A stretch of 64,000 bases of DNA from an uncultured Spirochaetota bacterium (GCA_963845535.1 CAWJSK010000015.1:1-64000); one strand, 5' to 3'; shown: positions 8,392 to 18,480, counted from the first letter of the stretch. Numbers and translations: made by a program. The notes: generated by a model not told the origin, from the sequence alone.

Positions 8392-9750
8392 GTGAGCACT
8401 TTTCTGATCCTTGACCCAGACCCCATCATATGCGCGGACATCTGCAGCTTCTTCCACAACATTGGTCATTCCATGTACAGGGCTTCGGATTTCGGCAGCG
8501 CCCTTTCACAGCTGGAAAAACGTCCTTATGACGTCATCATCAGCAGCACTTCCGTTGTCGGGGGGACAATCCACGATCTGATCCACGCGGTCAAGCCAAA
8601 ATGCCCGGATGCGGCGATCATCGTGATTGCGGATATCCAAACCGTCCAGGAAGCTGTTCTGGCCGTGAGCGAGGGAGCGTTCGGAATATTGCAGAAACCT
8701 TTCAGCATTCCCGAGCTCAACTTCCAGATCAGGAGGGCCCTCGAAAGGAGGAGCTTGAAGACCGCCCCCGCCGAACCTGAAAGAATCCGCCAAGACGTCT
8801 ACCAGCCCTACAACTTCATTGGTGAGAGCCTGCAGATCAAGAGGGTCTTCAAGATCGTCAACCGGGTTGCGCGTACGGATTCCAGCGTGATCATCGTGGG
8901 TGAAACGGGGACAGGCAAAGAGCTGGTTGCCGGCGCCATCCACTACAACAGCCAGCGCGCCGCGGGCCCCTTTGTGCGCGTCAACTGCGCCGCGCTTCCG
9001 GAGCAGCTGCTGGAAAGCGAGCTTTTCGGCTACGAGAAAGGCGCATTCACCGGCGCTGACCACATGAGGGTGGGCAGGTTCGAGCATGCAAATGGCGGAA
9101 CGATCTTCCTGGATGAAGTTGCCGACATGAGTCTCATGACGCAGGCAAAGGTTCTGAGGGTAATCCAGGAAAAGGAGTTCGAGCGCGTGGGGTCCAATCA
9201 GACCCTGAAGACCGATGTCCGGATCATATCCGCGACGAACAAGGACCTTATGGAACGAATGCGGCAGGGCCTTTTCCGGGAGGATTTGTTCTACCGCCTG
9301 AACGTCGTGACCGTCCGTCTGCCGCCGCTGCGCGAGAGGGAAGGGGATATCGCTCTCCTGCTGCAGTTCTTCCTGAAAAAGTTCGCGACAGAGATGAACA
9401 AGAAGATCCAGGGAGTCGAGCCGAGAGCAATGGAAAAGTTCACTCGCTATCCCTGGCCGGGGAACATCCGGGAACTGGAGAATGCGATCGAACGCGCGGT
9501 GCTGCTCGCCGAGGGAGAGGTGATCACGGGGGAGGATCTCGATCTTTTCTTCAACGGCGCGGCGGCCCGGTTTCCCCGGACCGGACTGAAGCTGGCGGAT
9601 GCCGAAAGGGACCTGATCCAGGAGGCCCTGCAGCGCAGCTCCTGGGTCCAGAAGGACGCCGCGGGGCTTCTGGGAATTTCGACGCGAGTGCTGAACTACA
9701 AGGTCAGGCAATTGGGATTCACACACCCGGGATGGAAGCACAACAAGTAA
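8392..9750 (+). CDS. Second sigma-54-dependent activator with degenerate receiver domain
   Basis: GETGTGKE, GAFTGA, FLDEV, WPGNIRELEN; receiver has DVIISS where the phospho-Asp is expected. Confidence 0.93.
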   Translation: MSTFLILDPDPIICADICSFFHNIGHSMYRASDFGSALSQLEKRPYDVIISSTSVVGGTIHDLIHAVKPKCPDAAIIVIADIQTVQEAVLAVSEGAFGILQKPFSIPELNFQIRRALERRSLKTAPAEPERIRQDVYQPYNFIGESLQIKRVFKIVNRVARTDSSVIIVGETGTGKELVAGAIHYNSQRAAGPFVRVNCAALPEQLLESELFGYEKGAFTGADHMRVGRFEHANGGTIFLDEVADMSLMTQAKVLRVIQEKEFERVGSNQTLKTDVRIISATNKDLMERMRQGLFREDLFYRLNVVTVRLPPLREREGDIALLLQFFLKKFATEMNKKIQGVEPRAMEKFTRYPWPGNIRELENAIERAVLLAEGEVITGEDLDLFFNGAAARFPRTGLKLADAERDLIQEALQRSSWVQKDAAGLLGISTRVLNYKVRQLGFTHPGWKHNK

Positions 9751-9991
9751 GGACAAGGAGAGAAAAATGAAGCTTGCCACGGTTCAAACACGGCCATGAT
9801 CGCATCCTGTTTCGAGTCCATCCCGCGGTGAAAGGTGCAGTTCGATCGATACAGGCTTGCGCGGTATTTCGTTGAGCATGGCGCTTCGCTGCAAAACATG
9901 ATATCCGACGAAACATGGTTGAGATTCCAGGAGATGTTCAAAATATTCAACTCCACCTGCGCATCCGGTTGATCGGGGAGGGAAGAGGAAG

Positions 9992-10679
9992 ATGTTGAAC
10001 AGGCTACGAGAGAGCGGCCGACTTAGAATGACGGCGTTCCTGCTCGTTCTGTCCTTATATTGCGTCATGCTCTCCGCGTTCCGGTTCCTCTACACGGGGA
10101 CTCATGGATACCTGTCCCTGAACTGGAATCTCTCCCTGGCCTTCCTTCCGTGGCTGCTCACGAGCGTTGCTGTGCTTAGGAACGTCAGGAGCAGGATCGC
10201 CATCCCGGCCATTGTCGCGGTATGGCTTCTGTTTTTCCCCAATTGTCTCTACATCCTCACCGACCTCATTCACCTGCGTCAGGTCGTGAACGCCCCGCTG
10301 TGGCTGGACCTCATCCTCGTGCTCTCTTTTGCCTGGGCGGGTCTGTGCTTCGGCTTCTCGAGCCTCATGGACATCGAGTTTTTCATGAGAAAGGGATTCC
10401 GCGCGGGAGCGAAGACGGTGGCTTTCCTCTCCGCTAGTATGATCTATCTGGCGGCTTTGGGTATCTACATCGGGCGGTTCTGGCGGTGGAACAGCTGGGA
10501 CCTCCTGGGAAATCCGGCGGAGCTGATGCACTTCATGTTCGATCGATTCACGGACGCAGGGAACTGCCTACCGCATCGTCGGGTTCACCATTCTCATGGG
10601 GACCCTCTTGAACCTCATGTATTTTCCGTTCCGCTACATGCGGCAGAAAGGGGCCCGCTCTATTCCAACCTCTTCCTGA
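9992..10679 (+). CDS. DUF1361-family membrane protein, frameshift near 10560
   Basis: WNLSLAFLP, WLLFFPN..YILTDLIHL, GIYIGRFWRWNSWD motifs; final TM (YRIVGFTILMG) continues in another frame to TGA 10677-10679. Confidence 0.8.
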
Positions 10680-11799
10680 AGCGCAGCACGCTCGCCGCAA
10701 TGACAACCACGCCTATTGCGGCGAGCGCCGCCGTCTCCCTCCACAGCTCGGCAAAGCTCACCCCTTTGAGGAAAAGCCCCCGGATGATGACGAAGTAGTA
10801 TCGCAGGGGGAATATGTAGGTCACCGCCTGAATGATGGGCGGCATGCTCTCGATGGGAAACACGAAACCGGACAGGATGATCATGGGCATCATGAAAAAG
10901 AACATGGATATCATCATGGCTTGCTGCTGCGTTTTGGCCACGGTGGACACGAAGAGCCCAATGCCGAGTGAGCTCAGCATGAAGAGCAGGGACAGCGCGT
11001 AGAGCACGAGCAGGCTGCCGCGCACGCCAATCCCGAAAAGCAGGAGACTGGCCACGAGCACGACCGTGATGATCACCAGGCTGATGATCACAAACGGCGC
11101 AAGCTTGCCAATGATGAGCTGCCGCGGCGTGATGGGCGTCACAATGAGCTGCTCCAGCGTGCCCAGCTCCTTCTCCTTCACGATGGCGAGTGAGGTGAGG
11201 ATGGTGGTGATGATCATGAGGATCATTGCCAGCACGCCGGGCACCATGAAGTTCCTGCTTGCCAGCGTGGGGTTGTAGAGGACCCGGACCGCGGGGTCCA
11301 CGCGCACCGCCTTGATCTGCCGGAGCACGCGGGGGTCAAGACCCGCCAGCCTTTGCGCGGCGCGTGCGCTCTGTTCCTGGGAGACAATAAGGGTTGCATA
11401 CGTCAGCCCGATTGCCGCGGACTGCGTGTCGGAGCCGTCCGCCAGGAGCTGAAGCGGCGCCGTCTTTGTCCCCGCCAACTGCCTTCCGAATCCGGGGGGT
11501 ATGACGAGGGCAAGGGAGGACTTTCCTTCCTCAATGCTTCGTTCGGCGCTCTTGGCATCAGGAACGTACGCGCTTGCCACGTAGCTTCCTGATTCCAGGA
11601 AGCTCGCCGCAAGCTGCCGGCTTTCCACGGTGTGGTCCTGATCGCAGACGGCCAGCGGGATGTCCTTCACGTCCATGTTCGCCGCGTACCCCAGGAGCGC
11701 TATCTGGATGACCGGTGACAGGAAGATCAGGGGAAGCAGGCGGCGGTCTCTGCGAAGCTGCTGGAACTCCTTGCGGATGATGAAACCAATGGTCCTCAT
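10660..11799 (-). CDS. ABC-2 type permease (YbhR-like)
   Basis: KEFQQLRRD, YNP..S..FMVPG, KEKELGTLEQL, SGFVFPIESMP. Confidence 0.9.
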   Translation of the reverse strand: MRTIGFIIRKEFQQLRRDRRLLPLIFLSPVIQIALLGYAANMDVKDIPLAVCDQDHTVESRQLAASFLESGSYVASAYVPDAKSAERSIEEGKSSLALVIPPGFGRQLAGTKTAPLQLLADGSDTQSAAIGLTYATLIVSQEQSARAAQRLAGLDPRVLRQIKAVRVDPAVRVLYNPTLASRNFMVPGVLAMILMIITTILTSLAIVKEKELGTLEQLIVTPITPRQLIIGKLAPFVIISLVIITVVLVASLLLFGIGVRGSLLVLYALSLLFMLSSLGIGLFVSTVAKTQQQAMMISMFFFMMPMIILSGFVFPIESMPPIIQAVTYIFPLRYYFVIIRGLFLKGVSFAELWRETAALAAIGVVVIAASVLRFRKRLE

Positions 11800-12929
11800 C
11801 TGCCCTGCCTCCTCAAGCGCAGCACGCTCAAGCCCCCCGTTATTGCCGCAAAGACAAGGAGCGCCAGCACCTGGTCACTGAAAGCCCAGAAGCCGACGCC
11901 CTTCACCATGATGGCCCGAAGCGCGGCAAGATAGTACCTGCCCGGCAGGAGATAGCTCACAACCTGGATGACAACGGGCATGTTGCGAAATGGGAAAACG
12001 AACCCCGAGAGAATAAAGGTGGGCAATAACGTGAGAAGGGAGGACAGGAGGAAAGCCACCTGCTGGCTGTCGGAGATCGTGGAAAGCAGGACGCCGAACG
12101 CGAGGCAGCCGAACAGGAAGACAAGCGTCACGACGCCGAGGTCCACCCAGCTCCCCTTGACGGTCACGCCGAACAGCAGGCGGCTGGCAACCAGGATGGT
12201 GGCCGCTGCCACGAGGCTCATGAGGAGGTAGGGGAGGGTCTTGCCGAGGATCAGCTCGAGAGGGCGCACGGGAGAGACCGCGATCTGCTCCATGGTCCCT
12301 CTTTCCTTTTCCCGTACAATGGAAAGCGTTGTGGACAAGACGGCGGTCATCATAAGGATGAGGACGATCAGGCCCGGGATCAGGAAGTTGGCGCTCCGAA
12401 GCTCAGGATTGAAGAGCACGCGCGGCTGGAAATCGATTGTCGTCTTCATGTCCCCGGCTCCGGCTCTCTCCAGCGAGCGCACGAACGCGCGCTGCGAGTA
12501 GTCGGCGGCCACTGCCTGCACGTAGCCGATTGCCGTTGCCGCCGTGGTGCCGTTGGACCCGTCCACCACTGCCTGTATCTCCACCCTCGTGCCGTTGGCC
12601 ACATCCCGGCCGAAGTCGGTTGGGATGACGAGCGCAACCAGCACCCGCCCCGTGTCCAGAAGGCCGTCGATCTGGTCCTCACGGTCGATCACGGTCTTCA
12701 AGTCGAAATACTCGGAGTGAAGGAACGACTGGAGAAACTCCCTGCTGTACTGGCTCTTGTCATGGTCCAGCACGGCAAGCTGGATATGCTTGGTGTCCAG
12801 GTTGATGGCAAAGCCGAACATGAGAAGAAGGAAAAGGGGCACAACCAGCAGCATCCCGAGCGTCGCGGGGTCACGTGACACCTGGCGAAGCTCCTTGACC
12901 ATGATCGTGGAAATCCGCGCCCCACTCAT
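11796..12929 (-). CDS. ABC-2 type permease (YbhS-like)
   Basis: KELRQVSRD, FNPELRSANFLIPG, REKERGTMEQI. Confidence 0.9.
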   Translation of the reverse strand: MSGARISTIMVKELRQVSRDPATLGMLLVVPLFLLLMFGFAINLDTKHIQLAVLDHDKSQYSREFLQSFLHSEYFDLKTVIDREDQIDGLLDTGRVLVALVIPTDFGRDVANGTRVEIQAVVDGSNGTTAATAIGYVQAVAADYSQRAFVRSLERAGAGDMKTTIDFQPRVLFNPELRSANFLIPGLIVLILMMTAVLSTTLSIVREKERGTMEQIAVSPVRPLELILGKTLPYLLMSLVAAATILVASRLLFGVTVKGSWVDLGVVTLVFLFGCLAFGVLLSTISDSQQVAFLLSSLLTLLPTFILSGFVFPFRNMPVVIQVVSYLLPGRYYLAALRAIMVKGVGFWAFSDQVLALLVFAAITGGLSVLRLRRQGR

Positions 12930-13870
12930 CCTTTGGACTCTCCGTTTCTGTCGATCACGCGGATGAAGACGTCCTCCAGGGAAGGGACAATGCGGCCATG
13001 CGCGTCCACGGAAAGGCCGGCGGAGCGGAGCGCGGAAAGCGCCGCCTCGATATCCTCATCCCGGTCCAGGCTGACGTGCAGCCGGGTTGCGAAGATGGCC
13101 GTTTCCCGCACCTCAGGCACGGAGCGAAGAGCGGACATGCCCGCAACGGGGTCGGAGCACTCCACCTCGTAGACGGAGCCCGTGATCACCTCGCGCTTGA
13201 GCGCGCCCGGACTTCCCTGAGCCACAATCCTTCCCGCGTGCATCAGCACAAGGTCGTTGCAGTATTCCGCCTCATCCAGGTAGTGCGTGGTGACGAGCAC
13301 GGTGGTCCCCGCCTGCGCCAGCTCGTTGATCACGTCCCAGAAAAGCCTTCGGGAAATGGGGTCAGTTCCGCCCGTTGGCTCATCAAGAAAAACAATGCCC
13401 GGCCGGTGAAGCATGGCGCATCCCAAAGCGAGGCGCTGCTTCCAACCGCCAGAAAGCTCCCGCGTGAGAAGTTTCTCCCTGCCCTCCAATCCCGCCAGGT
13501 GAACCGTCTCCCTCTGCCTCTCCACAAGCTCCCTGTCTGAAAGCCCGTACACCCCCCCGAAAAATCTGATGTTCTCCTCCACCGTGAGGTCGTTGTACAG
13601 CGAGAACCGCTGGGACATGTAGCCGATGCTGCGCTTCACCCCTTCGGGGTTGCGCGCGATGTCGATTCCGGCAACGGCCGCGGAGCCCGACGTGGGCGCA
13701 AGGAGGCCGCAGAGCATCCTGATGGTGGTGGACTTGCCGGCGCCGTTGGCTCCCAGGAGGCCGAAGATGCTGCCCGCCGGCACCTCGAAGGATACCGAGT
13801 CCACGGCAACGAATGACCCGAAGCGCTTGGAGAGCTCCCTGGTGCTGATGGCGAGCTGAGCGCTGCTCAT
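12926..13870 (-). CDS. ABC transporter ATP-binding protein
   Basis: GANGAGKS, LSGGWKQR, FLDEPT. Confidence 0.95.
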   Translation of the reverse strand: MSSAQLAISTRELSKRFGSFVAVDSVSFEVPAGSIFGLLGANGAGKSTTIRMLCGLLAPTSGSAAVAGIDIARNPEGVKRSIGYMSQRFSLYNDLTVEENIRFFGGVYGLSDRELVERQRETVHLAGLEGREKLLTRELSGGWKQRLALGCAMLHRPGIVFLDEPTGGTDPISRRLFWDVINELAQAGTTVLVTTHYLDEAEYCNDLVLMHAGRIVAQGSPGALKREVITGSVYEVECSDPVAGMSALRSVPEVRETAIFATRLHVSLDRDEDIEAALSALRSAGLSVDAHGRIVPSLEDVFIRVIDRNGESKG

Positions 13871-15267
13871 TCCCCCACCGCCCTCTCCAGGGCAGCGCGC
13901 GCCACCTGGCAGTCGAACAGCGCGCTGTTCTCCCGCAGCCGGGCCCGCACCAGCAAGGTCTGCGCGTCCAGGCTTTCCGAGGAGAGCGCGACGCCCTGGC
14001 GGTATCTTTCCTGGGTGACGCGGTCATTCTCCTCCGCCTGCACGGCTTCCTCATGGAGGGACGCCCGTCGCCCCAGCGCTTCGTTCAGCGTTACGTACGC
14101 GCGGATGACGTCCGCGGTGACCGCGTCCGCGATCTGGCGCGAGCCCTGCAGGGCCTGCGAGAGCTTGTTCCGCGCCTGCTCGGTCTGCGCAAGCACCTGG
14201 GGATACCGGCCCACGTCTATGGAGGCGAGCAGCCCGATGGACCACGTTCCCACGAACTGGTCCGACTGCGGGAAGACGCGCTGGTTGGGGTTGGCCAGCG
14301 TGTAATTCCCCGTGACGAAAAGGTTCGGGTAAAGGCCTGACTGGGCGAGATCCACGGACGCCTCGGATGCGGTCACCCGGGATCGGGCTGCCTGGATATC
14401 AGGCCTTGAGGCCAGGGCCTTGGCCACGAGGTCCGAGAGGCTCTCCTTTGGAGCCTGCACGTTTTGCCCCTCGTCATCAGGAACATCGACGCTGCCCGTC
14501 CAGGGAAGCCCAATGAGGATTGCGAGCTGCGCCTGGGCTATCTGCTGAGCGCTTTGGGCGCTTGCCAGGTCTATCTTCGTGTCCTCCAACCGCATCCGGG
14601 CCTGCAGTACGTCATTGTTGGTCGCCATTCCCTGGTCCCGAAGCTTCTGTGCATCCGCGAGATGCGTATCAGCCTGTGAGAGGCTCTGGCTGATGGCCTG
14701 CACCTGGGTCTTCGCCTTGGCCAGGTTCCAGAACGCCTGCGTGATGGAGTAGCGGAGGTCCAGCCGGCTCTTGCCCAGGTCCCCTCTGCTGGAATCCCTC
14801 AGGGCCTCCGCCTGCCGTATGGAGCTTGCAATCCGCTGCCCGGTGAACAGCGGCTGCTGCAGCGCCAGTTGGAACATCGTGCTGTTATCCAGGGACGGCG
14901 GGAAGGTGATGTTCTGCGTGCCTATGGGCGGCGGCAGGCTCACGGACAGGCTGCCCGGCGCTACGTCTGAGAGCCGGGAGTATCCCCCCTGCAAGGAGAG
15001 AGAGGGCAGGTACTGACCCTGCATCTCGTGGATGCGAGCATCCGCAATCTGCGTTTCAAGCTCGTCCGTGCGCAGACCGGCATCGTTTGCAAAACCCAGA
15101 CGGAGGCACTCCTCCAGCGTGAGGATGCGGGGGGCGTTCGCAGATCCCGCAGGGGCGGGCGCGGCGTTCGCAGATCCCGCGGGAGCGGGCGGGGCGTCCG
15201 CAGACGCCGCAATGGCGGGTACGACGCATAACGCACACGCGAGCGCGGCTGTACAGCTAACTCTCAT
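13867..15267 (-). CDS. TolC-family outer membrane efflux protein
   Basis: Signal peptide; LTLEECL, QQPLFTG, RPDI, RYRQG..ESLDAQ OEP repeats. Confidence 0.9.
   Translation of the reverse strand: MRVSCTAALACALCVVPAIAASADAPPAPAGSANAAPAPAGSANAPRILTLEECLRLGFANDAGLRTDELETQIADARIHEMQGQYLPSLSLQGGYSRLSDVAPGSLSVSLPPPIGTQNITFPPSLDNSTMFQLALQQPLFTGQRIASSIRQAEALRDSSRGDLGKSRLDLRYSITQAFWNLAKAKTQVQAISQSLSQADTHLADAQKLRDQGMATNNDVLQARMRLEDTKIDLASAQSAQQIAQAQLAILIGLPWTGSVDVPDDEGQNVQAPKESLSDLVAKALASRPDIQAARSRVTASEASVDLAQSGLYPNLFVTGNYTLANPNQRVFPQSDQFVGTWSIGLLASIDVGRYPQVLAQTEQARNKLSQALQGSRQIADAVTADVIRAYVTLNEALGRRASLHEEAVQAEENDRVTQERYRQGVALSSESLDAQTLLVRARLRENSALFDCQVARAALERAVGE
15131..15210. repeat. 30-bp imperfect tandem repeat (about 2.7 copies) in tolC
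   Basis: ggggcgttcgcagatcccgcaggggcgggc / gcggcgttcgcagatcccgcgggagcgggc / ggggcgtccgcagacgccgc; encodes PAPAGSANA repeats after the signal peptide. Confidence 0.85.
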
Positions 15268-16213
15268 GAGACTCCTCGCTTTCGCTTCTGATGAGGGAGA
15301 TGAAGGCGTTCTCCAGGCTGGAAGGGATGACGCGAAGGGAAGCGATCTGAATGCCGGCCTCCCCGAGCGCGCGGCGCACCGCTTCTTCTCCCGACTGCGG
15401 GTCCAGCGCCACCGCGTTCAGCCTGTCCCCGAAGAGCTGCACTTCCCGAAGCTCCCCCAGGGCGCGCAGCACGGTGCTTGCCCTCCTGGTTTCAGCGCAG
15501 ATGATCTCCAGCACAGAGCCGCGCATGGAGGCCTTGATGCGGGCCGGGCTCTCCGCGGCCATGAGACGGCCCGCGTTCATGAGCCCCACGCGGCTCGCCC
15601 TCTCCGCCTCATCCAGGTACGGGGTGGACATGAGGATCGTGATGCCTTCCCTCAGGAGCTGTGACAGGATGATCCAGAACTCCCGGCGGGACACGGGGTC
15701 AACGCCCGTTGTCGGCTCGTCCAGGAAGATGATGCGCGGCCTGTGAACGAGCGTGCAGGCCAGGGCGAGCTTCTGTTTCATTCCTCCCGAGAGCCTGTCC
15801 GCGAGCCGGCTGCGAAACGGAAGGAGCCGCGTGAAGGAGAGAAGCTCCTCCCGCCGGTCCTGGAAATCACGGACGCCGTGGATGCGCGCAAAGAACTCCA
15901 CGTTCTCATCCACGGTGAGGTCCCCGTAGAGGCTGAAGCGCTGGGAAAGATAGCCGATCTGTTCCTTCACCCACGGCAGATCGTGATGGAGGTCTCGGCC
16001 CATGACGCGAACGGTCCCTGCGGCCGGCCTGAGGATCCCGCACAGCAGACGGATGGTGGTTGTCTTGCCCGCGCCGTCCGGGCCCACCAGCGCGAACATC
16101 TCGTTCGCCTCCACGCGCAAGTCCAGACTGGAAACCGCGGGCTGGCTGCCGTAGCTGTAGGAGAGACCCGTCATCTCGAGGGCGGGCGGGGCTCCCGTCG
16201 CGGGCTCGCTCAC
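15257..16213 (-). CDS. ABC transporter ATP-binding protein
   Basis: GPDGAGKT, LSGGMKQK, FLDEPT; probable GTG start at 16213. Confidence 0.93.
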   Translation of the reverse strand: MSEPATGAPPALEMTGLSYSYGSQPAVSSLDLRVEANEMFALVGPDGAGKTTTIRLLCGILRPAAGTVRVMGRDLHHDLPWVKEQIGYLSQRFSLYGDLTVDENVEFFARIHGVRDFQDRREELLSFTRLLPFRSRLADRLSGGMKQKLALACTLVHRPRIIFLDEPTTGVDPVSRREFWIILSQLLREGITILMSTPYLDEAERASRVGLMNAGRLMAAESPARIKASMRGSVLEIICAETRRASTVLRALGELREVQLFGDRLNAVALDPQSGEEAVRRALGEAGIQIASLRVIPSSLENAFISLIRSESEESHES

Positions 16214-16217
16214 GGCG

Positions 16218-17195
16218 TCATCCCCCCATCCTGGCCAGCGTGGCATCCGCGGGCATGCCTGGCTTGAAGATCCCCTGGGGGTTGGCAATCTCGATCCTCA
16301 CCGCATAGACGAGCTTCACCCGTTCGTCCTTGGTCTGGATGTCGCGCGGAGTGAACTCTGCAATGGGCGATATATAGGTGACCATGCCGGGGAAGGTGAC
16401 GCCGGGGCGGGAGTCGATTGATATGCGGGCCTCCTGGCCAAGGCGGATGTTGCCAAGGTCCGTCTCCGACACGTAGATGGTGAGCTTGACCGTGTCCAGG
16501 TTCGTGATTACGTAGAGCCCGGTGCCCGGCGCGGCAAGCTCGCCTTCCTCCACGAGCTTCTCCGTGACAATGCCGTTCACGGGAGAATGCACCGTGCAGT
16601 CCTGGATGCTCTTTTCCAGGAGCCGGACCGAGTAGACGGCCTGGTCCACCCTGGCAAGCGCGGCTTTGACGTCTTCGGGCCGCGCGAAGTTCTGAAGCTT
16701 CAGGAGCGCCTGCTGCGCGGAGCTTGCTTGCGCCTTTGCGCCGGTGTAGCGGTATTCCGCGTCATCCCGCTGCTTCTTGGTGGCGGCGTTGACCTTGTAG
16801 AGGCTCTCCATGCGGTTGAAGTCTTCCTGCGCGTTTTGCAGAGTGTCGTTGGCCTGGTTCAAGGCGTCCTTTGCCTGGGCCAGGTCCTCTCCCCGCGCGC
16901 CGTTTGTCAGCAGGTCGAGCTGGGCTTTTGCAAGGTCCACGCCGCTTCGGGCCTGGCCAAGCTGGAGCTCCAGGGTCGCGTGGTCTATCACGGCCAGGAT
17001 GTCCCCTTCTTTCACGAATGTCCCCTCGCTTGCATCCAGGTGGAGGATCTCTCCTGATGACTTGGAAGAGACCTGGACGCTGGTGGCCTCGATGGTTCCG
17101 GAAGCCTCAATTGCACGCGAGCCGCGGGAACACGCTGCAAGGCTGAGACACACGCCTGCAAGGCACGCCATGGCTGTGAACGGGGCCTGCTTCAT
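16218..17195 (-). CDS. HlyD/YbhG-type membrane fusion lipoprotein
   Basis: Lipobox LAAC; SGTIEAT, SPIAEFTP..IQTKDER.KLVY, FKPGMPAD. Confidence 0.9.
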   Translation of the reverse strand: MKQAPFTAMACLAGVCLSLAACSRGSRAIEASGTIEATSVQVSSKSSGEILHLDASEGTFVKEGDILAVIDHATLELQLGQARSGVDLAKAQLDLLTNGARGEDLAQAKDALNQANDTLQNAQEDFNRMESLYKVNAATKKQRDDAEYRYTGAKAQASSAQQALLKLQNFARPEDVKAALARVDQAVYSVRLLEKSIQDCTVHSPVNGIVTEKLVEEGELAAPGTGLYVITNLDTVKLTIYVSETDLGNIRLGQEARISIDSRPGVTFPGMVTYISPIAEFTPRDIQTKDERVKLVYAVRIEIANPQGIFKPGMPADATLARMGG

Positions 17196-17822
17196 ATCTT
17201 TCCCTCCTGGGAGAAAAACTTGCGCCGCGCGCTATCCGTGAGGATCCCTCCAAAGAGGATCCGCATGAACGTGTCAAAGAGCTTTGCCCGGCGGGACGGT
17301 GAGCTGGAGCATCTGCTCCGGCGTGATGACCGAGCTGATGGCGTTGATGAAGAGCATGGGCGTCAGGTGGGCGTCTATGTCTGTCCGGATGAAGCCCTCT
17401 TTGCGCCCTTCCTCGAAGAGCCGGGTGATGATGGTGAACACGTGCTCTCGGCGGAACTTGTCGATCTTGTGCCACAGCTCGGGCCTGCTGTAGTAGACGT
17501 CCTTGATGAGCGTCTGGCTGATCTGGGCAATCTGCGTGCCCACGGCCTGCAGGATGCCCCGTAGCCGGTCCAGGTACGTGAGGCTGGAGTCCGCGGCAAT
17601 CCTGTCCGCCTCTTTTGCAATGAAGGCTATCCGTTCTTCCACGGTGGCGCTGACGAGGGCATCCTTGTTGGGAAAGAACTTGTACAGCGTCTTCTTGCTG
17701 ATGCCCTGGAGGGAAGCGATGTCCTCCATGGTCAGCGCGTTCACCCCGCGCTCGAAGAGGAGCTCGCGGGAGCGATCCATGATCATCCTTCGTTTCTCCG
17801 CGTCGGGAATCCCTTTTGCCAT
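17192..17822 (-). CDS. TetR/AcrR regulator, +1 frameshift at 17283-17285
   Basis: TMEDIASLQGISKKTLYKFFPNKD HTH; removing one A restores C-terminus LFDTFMRILFGGILTD ending in an ATGA overlap with the next gene. Confidence 0.88.
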
Positions 17823-17842
17823 GCCCTTGCCGCCTCCCCATA

Positions 17843-17905
17843 GGAAACGATTTATGTTTATTTCGTTTCCAAAAAGAATGTAGCTCATGAAACCAAATGC
17901 GTCAA
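17843..17905 (-). promoter_or_regulatory. sigma-70 promoter plus probable TetR operator
   Basis: TTGACG-N17-TACATT (17905-17877); inverted repeat GGAAACGA-N12-TCGTTTCC at 17843-17870. Confidence 0.75.
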
Positions 17906-17970
17906 GCGGTGTTCTCTTTCATGCAGGTGCTTTCAGTCACCGATAGTAAAGGGGAGGGGCGGTACACGGC

Positions 17971-18480
17971 ATGAAAACATCGACTCGCGATATTCTTTTC
18001 ATCTTCGTCGGGCTGTTCGTTTCCATTGGAACCCTGTGGGCTTCCCGGGCAGGCACGGAGATGCGCCTGGGGAGCGATGTTGCCTACCTCAACAGCGTTG
18101 GCAAAAGCCAGAGCGGGGAGAAGTCTCTCAGTGAATCCATCGAGTCGCGCTTCAGGACGGAGCCGGGGCAGATTGCGGACCTTCGCAAGCGGAAGCTTGG
18201 CTACGGGGACATCTCCGTTGTCTTCGCCACGGCTTCCCGGCTTCGGGGCGGGATAAGCAGAACTAATATAGAAAGGATTGTCGCGATGTGGAAAAGCCCC
18301 AAATCAGGAAGTTGGGGAAAAATCATCAGGTCTTTTGACGTGCGCGTGGAGCGCGTGGTGCTTCAGATCGAAAGCCTGCACGAGCCGGCGCGGGGCGCGC
18401 AAACAAGGACGTCCATGCGGGCTCCCGGGGCCCAGCCCAAGGGGTATGACCCGGTCTTGCGGCTGGTCCACGGAGGATAA
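17971..18480 (+). CDS. Hypothetical exported protein
   Basis: GGAGG RBS, N-terminal hydrophobic segment, GYGDI and SWGKII motifs. Confidence 0.65.
   Translation: MKTSTRDILFIFVGLFVSIGTLWASRAGTEMRLGSDVAYLNSVGKSQSGEKSLSESIESRFRTEPGQIADLRKRKLGYGDISVVFATASRLRGGISRTNIERIVAMWKSPKSGSWGKIIRSFDVRVERVVLQIESLHEPARGAQTRTSMRAPGAQPKGYDPVLRLVHGG

Noticed and set aside
4244..9780. Long antisense ORFs (4244..5380 +, 8506..9780 -) and similar ones such as 19936..21861 and 31922..33346
   Set aside because: Shadow ORFs opposite well-supported genes in high-GC DNA; no motifs or RBS
9767..9799. 10-codon ORF MKLATVQTRP with AAGGAG RBS after the second activator
   Set aside because: Too short and featureless to support; no associated structure seen
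15131..15210. 30-bp repeats as CRISPR array
   Set aside because: Tandem without spacers, in-frame inside tolC, no cas genes
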